DNA of 64,000 nt, taken from assembly GCA_963695195.1 (NCBI GenBank), contig CAVOGE010000007.1, positions 408,494 through 472,493 of the forward strand, written 5' to 3'. Origin of the DNA: an uncultured Chloroflexia bacterium. Lineage in GTDB: Bacteria > Chloroflexota > Limnocylindria > QHBO01. Position 1 is the stretch's first letter; each line of letters begins with the position of its first letter. A model generated the notes under the pieces. That model searched no databases. It worked only from the letters and a program-made list of their open reading frames with translations, and had not been told where the DNA came from. A program made the translations under genes and the position numbers. Shown one piece after another: positions 9,349-16,403 of the stretch.

Positions 9349-9567
9349 ATGGGCAGGCGACTCCGCGACACCTCCCTGACCCTCCGTATCGACCCCGACG
9401 TGGTGCTGTGGGCACGCATGCGCGCTCTTCGCTCGGGCACGAGCGTGAACCAGATGGTGCGACAGTTCCTGGAGGAGTACGCAGCCGTGCCGTCGGGCTT
9501 CTGGGAGGGTCTGCCGCCGCCGTGGGATTCCAGTGAGCAGTCGGCTTCGGCGGCTTCGCCTGACTAG
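9349..9567 (+). CDS. small ribbon-helix-helix (CopG/Arc-like) DNA-binding protein, possible orphan antitoxin-type regulator
   Basis: SLTLRIDPDVVLWARMRALRSGTSVNQMVRQFLEEYA has a beta-strand followed by two helices, the RHH pattern. No toxin partner is visible. Confidence 0.35.
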   Translation: MGRRLRDTSLTLRIDPDVVLWARMRALRSGTSVNQMVRQFLEEYAAVPSGFWEGLPPPWDSSEQSASAASPD

Positions 9568-9596
9568 GACGGCGTCGGCCTGGCCCACCGGCCCTC

Positions 9597-9790
9597 GTCA
9601 GGGGCATTCATGCACCCGTGCAGTCGTGCAGTCGTGCTGCACGAACGGTCCTGACAGTGGCGCCAGGGCGACACCGCCGGCCCGCCGGCTTCTGTCAGGG
9701 GCATTCATGCACCCGTGCAGTCGTGCAGTCGTCCTGCACGAACGGTCCTGACAGTGGCGGGGGCTACCGCCGCCGGCCCGCCAGCCGGCT
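9597..9790. repeat. tandem duplication (2 x 97 bp, ~90% identical) of a nested-palindrome element at the convergent RHH/serA junction
   Basis: Unit 1 spans 9597-9693 and unit 2 spans 9694-9790. Each unit holds GTCAGG...CCTGAC around an inner CGTGCAG...CTGCACG palindrome. Unit 2 ends at the serA stop codon. Confidence 0.7.
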
Positions 9791-11387
9791 ACAGCGCCGG
9801 CAGCTGCACCACGCGCACGCGGATCATGCCGGGCACGGATGCCAGTCGCTCGAGCAGCGCACCCGACACGTCCTGGTCGACGCTGACGAACATCAGCGCC
9901 TCGCCGGCGGGCGACAGCCGCGACAGCTCGAGCGACGAGATGTTGACGCGCGCCTCGGCCAACGCGCTGCCAACGGCACCCACGATCCCCGGCTGGTCAT
10001 GGTGACGGGTGATCAGGATGGTGCCGGCCAGATCGGCATCAGTCTCGAAGCCGTCCAGGCTCGCCAGCCGCGGACGCCCGCGGGAGGTGGAGCCGGCCAA
10101 TCGCACGGCGCCCTTCCCCTCGCCGAGTTCGAGGGTGAGGAGCGAGGACCACGGGTCGGCGACATCGGTGCGGTTCTCGTGGACGGTGAGGCCGCGCTCA
10201 GCGGCGACGAGGTCGGCGTTGACCGCGTTGACCCGCTGATCGGTGATCGGCTCGAGCAGGCCGGCCAGCACCGCGGTGCGCATCGGGGTGCCGTCCCAGG
10301 CGGAGATCTCGCCCGCATAGGTCAGCGTAAGGGTGTCTGCGGGCGCCGGCACGAGTTGCCTGCCCAGGATCGCCAGTCGGCGGGCGAGCTCGACGAATGG
10401 ACGCAGCTGCGGGGCAACGCCAGCCGCGACCGGCGGGGCGTTCACCGCGTACGGCGGCGTCACGCCGGAGAGGGCAAGCAGCACCTGCTCCGCCACCTCC
10501 AGGCCGGCGCGTGCCTGGGCTTCCGCCGTGGACGCGCCCAGGTGCGGGGTCAGCACCGTGTTCGGCGCGCTGCGGAGGGGGTTGTCGGGAGCCATCGGTT
10601 CGGCCGAGTAGACATCGACGGCCGCGCCCGCCAAGCGTCCCTCGTGCAGCGCTTCCGCCAGGGCATCCTCGTCGACCAGTCCGCCCCGAGCCACGTTCAG
10701 CAGGACGGTGCCGGACTTCATGGTCGCGAACTGCGCACGACCGATGAGTCCGCGCGTCTCCGGCGACAGCAGCACGTGGACGGTAACCACGTCCGATGCC
10801 GCCAGCAGCTCCGGCAGACCGACGAGCGTCACGCCCTGCTCTGCCGCTTGCTCCGCGGTGAGAAAGGGGTCGTAGGCGATCACCTGCATCTCGAACGCCG
10901 CAGCTCGCCGCGCGACCGCCTTCCCGATCTTCCCCAGGCCGATAACGCCGAGCGTCTTCCCCCGCAGTTCGGCGCCGATGTAGGTGGCCCGCTCCCACTC
11001 ACCGCGACGGACCGATGCGTCCGCCGTCGGGATGCGCCGCATGAGCGAGAGCATGAGCGCCATGGTGTGCTCGGCCGCCGCAGTGGTGCTTCCGGTCGGG
11101 GCGTTGACCACCATCACGCCGGCGTGGGTGGCGGCGTCCAGGTCGACGCGGTCGGTGCCAACCGATCCCACGCCGACCACCGACAGGCGGGGCGCGGCGG
11201 CCGCCAGCAGCTCCGCGTCCACACGCGTCTGGGAGCGAACGATCAGCGCGTCCCAGCCACCCCCCTCGGATAGCGCCGCGAGCAGCTCAGCGCGGGGCGG
11301 GCGGTTGCGGAACGACGTCTCGTGCGCGGCGGTGAGCAGGTCGATGCCGGCCTGCGCGATCGGCTCGGCAACCAGGATGCGGGGCAT
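9789..11387 (-). CDS. serA: D-3-phosphoglycerate dehydrogenase (long form with ASB and ACT domains)
   Basis: 532 aa. NAD-binding GVIGLGKIGKAVARR. Catalytic region LLNVARGGLVDEDAL...TPHLGASTAEAQ. C-terminal ACT domain (ILITRHHDQPGIVGAVGSALAEARVNIS). Confidence 0.95.
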   Translation of the reverse strand: MPRILVAEPIAQAGIDLLTAAHETSFRNRPPRAELLAALSEGGGWDALIVRSQTRVDAELLAAAAPRLSVVGVGSVGTDRVDLDAATHAGVMVVNAPTGSTTAAAEHTMALMLSLMRRIPTADASVRRGEWERATYIGAELRGKTLGVIGLGKIGKAVARRAAAFEMQVIAYDPFLTAEQAAEQGVTLVGLPELLAASDVVTVHVLLSPETRGLIGRAQFATMKSGTVLLNVARGGLVDEDALAEALHEGRLAGAAVDVYSAEPMAPDNPLRSAPNTVLTPHLGASTAEAQARAGLEVAEQVLLALSGVTPPYAVNAPPVAAGVAPQLRPFVELARRLAILGRQLVPAPADTLTLTYAGEISAWDGTPMRTAVLAGLLEPITDQRVNAVNADLVAAERGLTVHENRTDVADPWSSLLTLELGEGKGAVRLAGSTSRGRPRLASLDGFETDADLAGTILITRHHDQPGIVGAVGSALAEARVNISSLELSRLSPAGEALMFVSVDQDVSGALLERLASVPGMIRVRVVQLPAL

Positions 11388-11418
11388 GCTCCGAGTCTAG
11401 CGGCCCGGTGCGGGGAAC

Positions 11419-12177
11419 CTATGGCGCCCCAACGTAAGTCACCGTGACCTTGACGACCCGCAGGTCGATGCCAGCGGAGCCAGTGAGGGAGCAACGGGCT
11501 TGGTAGGCGTAGATGGCATTGTCGATGGGCGGGCCGCTGATCGTGGTGTCGACGAGCGTGGTGTAGCCGGGGGTGGCGGCTCCTCCGGAGCTCGGGGTGG
11601 AGGCCAGACCTGCCACGACGCCGTCTGACGTGACCCGCTGGAGACTGCACAATGTCCCGTAGGTGGCGGTGTTGTCGTACACGTCGCCCGCGAAGGCGGT
11701 GAGGGTGGCGCCATCGGGCAGGTGCACCGCGCAGGTCAGGGAGTCGATGCCAGAGGTCAGGTAGCGCTCGGCGAAGGTGCCGCCCAGGTAGCCGGTCGTG
11801 CTCATTGTGGGTGCCATGTCGTTGCCGGCGCAGCTGTAGTGCTGGGTCTGGTCCTTGCGCGCAAACTGGGACGAATCGATCCCATCGAGCTTGTCGGCGT
11901 TGACCACCGGGGTCTTGCCCGCAGCCAGCGCACCCAGCCGGTTCATGAAGGCCGCCATCTCGGCGCGGGTCACGTTGCGATCCGGACAGTACTTGCCGCC
12001 ACCACAGCCACTGGTCACCCCGGCATTGGTGATGGCCGCGATGTCAGCGTGGAACGGGTTGGAGTTGGGCACATCGCTGTACTGGTGGCTGGCCAACACG
12101 CCGAGCGGGAAGGCGACCAGGGTCAGGCTCAGGGCCAGTACCGCGACCGCACGACGAGACGAGATGGATCGACGCAT
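11419..12177 (-). CDS. secreted SLH-like domain protein (single N-terminal SLH, variable C-terminal domain)
   Basis: Signal peptide, then YSDVPNSNPFHADIAAITNAGVTSGCGGGKYCPDRNVTRAEMAAFMNRLGA, which matches the SLH pattern (F.D..., I..L...GI..G, VTRAEMA, F..RL). Paralog of 14115..14912. Confidence 0.75.
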   Translation of the reverse strand: MRRSISSRRAVAVLALSLTLVAFPLGVLASHQYSDVPNSNPFHADIAAITNAGVTSGCGGGKYCPDRNVTRAEMAAFMNRLGALAAGKTPVVNADKLDGIDSSQFARKDQTQHYSCAGNDMAPTMSTTGYLGGTFAERYLTSGIDSLTCAVHLPDGATLTAFAGDVYDNTATYGTLCSLQRVTSDGVVAGLASTPSSGGAATPGYTTLVDTTISGPPIDNAIYAYQARCSLTGSAGIDLRVVKVTVTYVGAP

Positions 12178-12282
12178 TCGGACACTCCGCAGTCCGGACA
12201 GGCGCGGGCCGTCGTGGCGATCAGCCGATGGTGACGTCAGGCCGGGATCGTGAGCGTCATTGTGGGGCCCGGGTCAACGTGG

Positions 12283-13989
12283 TCATAGCGCCCGATGCAG
12301 GAAGGCCGCCATCTGCTCGCGGGTGACGTTGCCCAGCGGGCAGTACAGGCCCGGCCCACAGCCGGAGGTGATGCCAGCTGCGCGGAAGGCGTTGATATCC
12401 GCTTCGTGGACGCTCGTCTCGTCATCGCTGAAGTAGTCGGTGGCAGTCGGCGGGAGGTCCATGGCGCGCACCAGGAATGAGGCCATCTGGGCACGGGAGA
12501 CGTTCGCCAGCGGGCAATACAGTCCGTCGCCGCAGCCGGTGGTGATCCCGGCGTCCGCCAGCGCGTTGATATCGGCCTCGTGGATGCTGGTCTCGTCATC
12601 GGGGAAGTAGTCGGTAGCGGTGGGTGGCAGCTTCAGGGCGCGCACCAGGAACGAGGCCATCTGGGCGCGGGAGACATTGGCCAGCGGGCAATAGTAGCCC
12701 CCGCCGCAGCCGGTGGTGATGCCGGCGTAGTAGAGCCAGTTGATGTCGTCGAGGAACGGCGAGGTGGTGACGTCGCCGAACGGCGGCGCCACGACGCGGT
12801 AGAGCGCGCCACCCAGGTGCGTGGCGTACAACTCGCCGCCCTCGCTCTCGCCGAACGAGCTGATGTTGAGCGACACCTGGCGGCGCTCTGTCGCCGCACT
12901 GCCACCGACCGGGATGGTCCACAGGCGTCCCGAGCAGTAGTCGGCGAAGACGTACTCGCCGAGCAGGTCCGGCTGCGTCGTTCCGCGGTACACGAAGCCG
13001 CCGGTCACCGAGCATCCGAGGCTGTGGCTGTACTCGGCGATCGGCAGCGTCAGCCCGGACTGGTTGCACGAGCCCGACGCGTAGCAGTGCGCGCCCTCCA
13101 TGACGTTCCAGCCATAGTTACGCCCGCCGGGATCGGCGAGCGCTTCTCGGTCGATCTCCTCCCAGCTGCCCTGGCCGACATCGCCGATCCACAGTGCCCC
13201 GGTCGATCGGTCGAAGCTGAAGCGCCAAGGGTTTCGGAGGCCGGAGGCCCAGATCTCCTCGAGCTCGGGGCCGCCGACGAATGGGTTGGTTGCCGGGATG
13301 GCGTACGTGCCGAAGGTGCCGTCACCGGAGCCGTCGACGTCGATGCGGAGGATCTTGCCCAGCAGCGTGGCCGTCGACTGCCCGTTGTCATCCGGGTCGC
13401 CACTGCCCCCGCCATCGCCGGTGCCGATGTACAGGTAGCTGTCAGAGCGAAAGGCGAGCTGTCCGCCGTTGTGGTTGCTGTTGGCGCTGTGCTCAATCCG
13501 CATGAGGAACTGCTCCGTCGCGCTGCTCGCCGCGGCAAGCCCGATGTTCGCCGTAAAGCGCGAGACGACCAGGTCGCCATCGGCCCTGGTGTAGTACACG
13601 TAGAAGAACCGGTTCGTCGTGAAGTCCGGATGGAAGGCAAGCCCCAGCAGGCCGCGCTCACCGCCCGCCAGGACGCGGTGGGTGATGTCGAGGAACGACC
13701 CGGCCTGCACTTTGCCGTTGAGCACCACCCGGATCCGGCCAGGGCGCTCCACCACGAAGAGGCGACCCGATCCGTCGCCCGCGTTGGTGACCGCGACCGG
13801 CGATGAGAGGCCTGTGGTGACCAGCTGCAGGTCGAGCTGATTCGCCGCCAGCGCCACCGGGGCGGCGGCGGCGATCGCGGGCTGCGGCTCCGGACGGGCT
13901 GCGACCGCCGGTGGCGTGGCCATCACAAGACCCAACAGCGCGAGCCCGATTGCAGCTTGCGAGCCGGGGCGACTGCCAGTGGGTCTCAT
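12283..13989 (-). CDS. PQQ-dependent soluble sugar (glucose/sorbosone) dehydrogenase beta-propeller fused to three C-terminal SLH-like repeats
   Basis: GSDH-family motifs NHNGGQLAFRSDSYLYIGTGDGGGSGDP and GLRNPWRFSFD. Three repeats of ...GITTGCG.G.YCPLANVSRAQMASFLVRAL at the C-terminus. Signal peptide present. Confidence 0.85.
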   Translation of the reverse strand: MRPTGSRPGSQAAIGLALLGLVMATPPAVAARPEPQPAIAAAAPVALAANQLDLQLVTTGLSSPVAVTNAGDGSGRLFVVERPGRIRVVLNGKVQAGSFLDITHRVLAGGERGLLGLAFHPDFTTNRFFYVYYTRADGDLVVSRFTANIGLAAASSATEQFLMRIEHSANSNHNGGQLAFRSDSYLYIGTGDGGGSGDPDDNGQSTATLLGKILRIDVDGSGDGTFGTYAIPATNPFVGGPELEEIWASGLRNPWRFSFDRSTGALWIGDVGQGSWEEIDREALADPGGRNYGWNVMEGAHCYASGSCNQSGLTLPIAEYSHSLGCSVTGGFVYRGTTQPDLLGEYVFADYCSGRLWTIPVGGSAATERRQVSLNISSFGESEGGELYATHLGGALYRVVAPPFGDVTTSPFLDDINWLYYAGITTGCGGGYYCPLANVSRAQMASFLVRALKLPPTATDYFPDDETSIHEADINALADAGITTGCGDGLYCPLANVSRAQMASFLVRAMDLPPTATDYFSDDETSVHEADINAFRAAGITSGCGPGLYCPLGNVTREQMAAFLHRAL

Positions 13990-14059
13990 GGGGCGCCCAC
14001 TCTACATCCGGGTTGCCAGTTGAAAGGGTCGAGGATGCGGGGGATGCAGCCGATCATCG

Positions 14060-14094
14060 AGAAGGAGCGCCCCCGCGTCGGGAGCGCTCCTTCT
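14060..14094 (-). terminator. stem-loop (11-bp perfect stem, 13-nt loop) immediately downstream of SLH gene 14115..14912
   Basis: AGAAGGAGCGC-ccccgcgtcggga-GCGCTCCTTCT. No U-tract follows, which is usual at this GC content. Confidence 0.4.
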
Positions 14095-14114
14095 CATCGG
14101 GAACCAAAGGCAGC

Positions 14115-14912
14115 CTAGGGCGCCTCTTTCACCGGCTTGGAGGCATCGTGCGGACTCAGGATGATCAGGCACGACAGGAACGGGGTGTTCCCCGCGCCGT
14201 CAAACGGAATGTACTCGACCATCAGGCTCGACTGGAGGATGTTCAGGTCGGCCCCGATGCTCCCGAACTCGAAGTCGACGGTGTAGGTCGCAGCGTCGCA
14301 CACCCGGTAGCCACCGGACGAGTTGCACGTCGTCTCATCCAGGACGGCGCCGCCGGAGACCCACTGGGTATCGACCCATCGATTCGAGCCCGACACCGCA
14401 CTGTTGTCGACCTCGAGCCAGCAGTTGGCGTCGTCGGTTCCGCCGGACGTTTCGTTATAGACGTACGACGTCCCGGTGATCATCAGGTACCCCCAGCCCG
14501 GGGTCGTGATGGTCGTCGTCAAGCGACCGCTGGAAGCCGCATCGCCGTCAACGGTGGTGGTGTTGTTGCTGGTGTAGGCGAGGCGGTTGAGCTCGTTGGC
14601 ACTCCAGCCATCGACCTTGGTGGCATTGACCACCGGGGTCTTGTTCGACGCCAGCGCACCCAGCCGGTTCATGAAGGCGGCCATCTCGGCGCGGGTCACG
14701 TTGCGATCAGGACAGTAGTTGCCGCCACCACAGCCGGATGTCACGCCGGCATTGGTGATGGCCGTGATGTCCCCGTGGAACGGGTTGCTGTCGGGGACGT
14801 CGCCGTACTGGTGGGTCGCCAGGGCCCCCAGCGGGAAGGCGACCAGGGCGACCACCATCGCGAGCGCGGCCAGGGCGCGCGGTCGGCGGCGGGATGGTCG
14901 GGGATCGGGCAT
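14115..14912 (-). CDS. secreted SLH-like domain protein, paralog of 11419..12177 with a different Ser/Thr/Gly-rich C-terminal domain
   Basis: AAGGAGGA RBS before the ATG at 14912. The first ~95 aa are near-identical to the paralog (YGDVPDSNPFHGDITAITNAGVTSGCGGGNYCPDRNVTRAEMAAFMNRLGALA). The C-terminus is unrelated. Confidence 0.75.
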   Translation of the reverse strand: MPDPRPSRRRPRALAALAMVVALVAFPLGALATHQYGDVPDSNPFHGDITAITNAGVTSGCGGGNYCPDRNVTRAEMAAFMNRLGALASNKTPVVNATKVDGWSANELNRLAYTSNNTTTVDGDAASSGRLTTTITTPGWGYLMITGTSYVYNETSGGTDDANCWLEVDNSAVSGSNRWVDTQWVSGGAVLDETTCNSSGGYRVCDAATYTVDFEFGSIGADLNILQSSLMVEYIPFDGAGNTPFLSCLIILSPHDASKPVKEAP

Positions 14913-14984
14913 CGCTGAAATCTCCTCCTTCGTCCGGGCGGCTTGCTGCTTCGCGCAGCGGAGTTGCATCGTATCGTGGCGGGC

Positions 14985-16403
14985 ATGCACGAAGCACCCT
15001 TCTCGCGCAGGTTCCCTGTCCGTGTACTACCGCGCTCCGCGCTGGTGCTGCTCCTCGCCGCGATGGCCGCCGTCGCCGTCGGCGATCTACTCGAGGTCGT
15101 GGCACGGCTGCGCATGGGCCTGGACGCCAGCGTAGGAGGGGGAGGACTCGCATTGACGCTGGCGGCCGTGCTGGCCTCGGCGCTGCTGATCCTGTGGCTC
15201 ACGCGGCGTCCCGTGCGGGATCGTCTCGACCCCGCCGCCCTGCTGGTTGGCCTGGGGCTGTTGCTTGCATTGAGAGTCGTGGCGGTGCTCCTCGTGGACG
15301 CACCCCTGATCGTGGATTGGCGCCGTTATCACGAGCTGGCAGTCAGCATCTCGCAGGGCGGCGACTGGTTCGCCAGTCGACCGAGCGGCTACGCGCTGCT
15401 AGTCAGCGTCGGTTACCGGGTCTTCGGCCCGAGCCCTGCGGTTGGCGAGTGGCTGAACGTGGGGCTTGGATTGGCGAGCGGCCTGCTCATCTACGCTGTG
15501 GCACTGCGAGCGGCGGGGTCCCGTGCGGCAGGCGTGGCCCTGCTGCTGTACGCCGTCGCCCCAGCCGAGATCCTGATGACCCCCGTCCTGGGCACCGAAA
15601 TCGCATACGGAACCGTCCTCGTCGGCGTCGCCTGGGTGCTCCTGGCCGCTCCACTCTCCGTCGTCCGAGCCGCCGTCGCCGGCGCGGCGCTCGGTGCCTC
15701 CCAGTACGTGCGCGCCACAAGCCAGGTGCTGGCACCCGTTCTGGCGATCGGGGCCGGGTGGCTGGCAGCCCCGGGCCGGCGCCTGCTGATCGGCCTTGCC
15801 TTCGCGGCGTCATTCGCCGCCGTGCTCCCACCCGTGGTCGTGACCAACATGGAGCGCGGCTCGGGTCCTTCTCTCTCGACCTCGTCGTTTTCGGCGTGGC
15901 AGCTGCTGATCGGCACCAACCAGGAGCACGACGGGCGCTTCAACCCGGACGACGTTGCGCTGGTGGGCGGAGAAGCGGCCCTGGGGACGGCGGAGGCCGA
16001 GCGCATCGCGCTGAGAGTTGCCCTGGAGAGGATCGGCGAGGACCCGGTCGGCACGCTCGGCCTGGTTGTGCGCAAGTTCCCCGTCGTGTGGGGTGACGCC
16101 CACTACGGCGCTCGCTGGGCGCTGTACGAAGACCCGGCCCAGGAGCCACAGACGACGCAGGCGTTCGTGCTGCTCAGTCAGCTCGCCTGGGCGGTGGTCG
16201 CGGCACTCGCCGCGGTGGGTGCCTGGCGCGGACGCGCCGGCTCGGCGCAGACAGTGGCGCTGCTGGGTGCGATCCTTGCCGTCTTCGTGCTGGTCCATGC
16301 CCTCGGCGAGGCGAATCCCCGCTACCACGCACCGCTGGTGCCGATCTTCAGCGTGCTGGCCGGTATCGGCGCGGCCAACTTGCTGGCGAACCGGGAGAGT
16401 TAG
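14985..16403 (+). CDS. GT-C membrane glycosyltransferase, PMT/ArnT-like (GT39/GT83 family)
   Basis: Multi-TM protein with the first-loop DxxRYxExA motif (DWRRYHELAVSISQG) typical of polyprenyl-P-sugar-dependent PMT/ArnT transferases. The 3' end overlaps the SLH beta-helix gene by 4 nt. Confidence 0.7.
   Translation: MHEAPFSRRFPVRVLPRSALVLLLAAMAAVAVGDLLEVVARLRMGLDASVGGGGLALTLAAVLASALLILWLTRRPVRDRLDPAALLVGLGLLLALRVVAVLLVDAPLIVDWRRYHELAVSISQGGDWFASRPSGYALLVSVGYRVFGPSPAVGEWLNVGLGLASGLLIYAVALRAAGSRAAGVALLLYAVAPAEILMTPVLGTEIAYGTVLVGVAWVLLAAPLSVVRAAVAGAALGASQYVRATSQVLAPVLAIGAGWLAAPGRRLLIGLAFAASFAAVLPPVVVTNMERGSGPSLSTSSFSAWQLLIGTNQEHDGRFNPDDVALVGGEAALGTAEAERIALRVALERIGEDPVGTLGLVVRKFPVVWGDAHYGARWALYEDPAQEPQTTQAFVLLSQLAWAVVAALAAVGAWRGRAGSAQTVALLGAILAVFVLVHALGEANPRYHAPLVPIFSVLAGIGAANLLANRES

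Noticed and set aside
9597-9790. Possible CRISPR array
   Set aside because: There are only two repeat units. They have a 97-bp period, are themselves imperfect, have no unique spacers, and no cas genes are nearby. The structure fits a duplicated palindromic terminator or REP-like element better.
9618-11273. 551-aa plus-strand ORF opposite serA (also 24722..26308, 53698..55788, 3884..4699, 43139..44161 and similar)
   Set aside because: These are long stop-free frames, which is expected at 70% GC. They are Arg/Gly/Pro/His-rich, lack conserved motifs, and each is the antisense shadow of a gene with clear family signatures.
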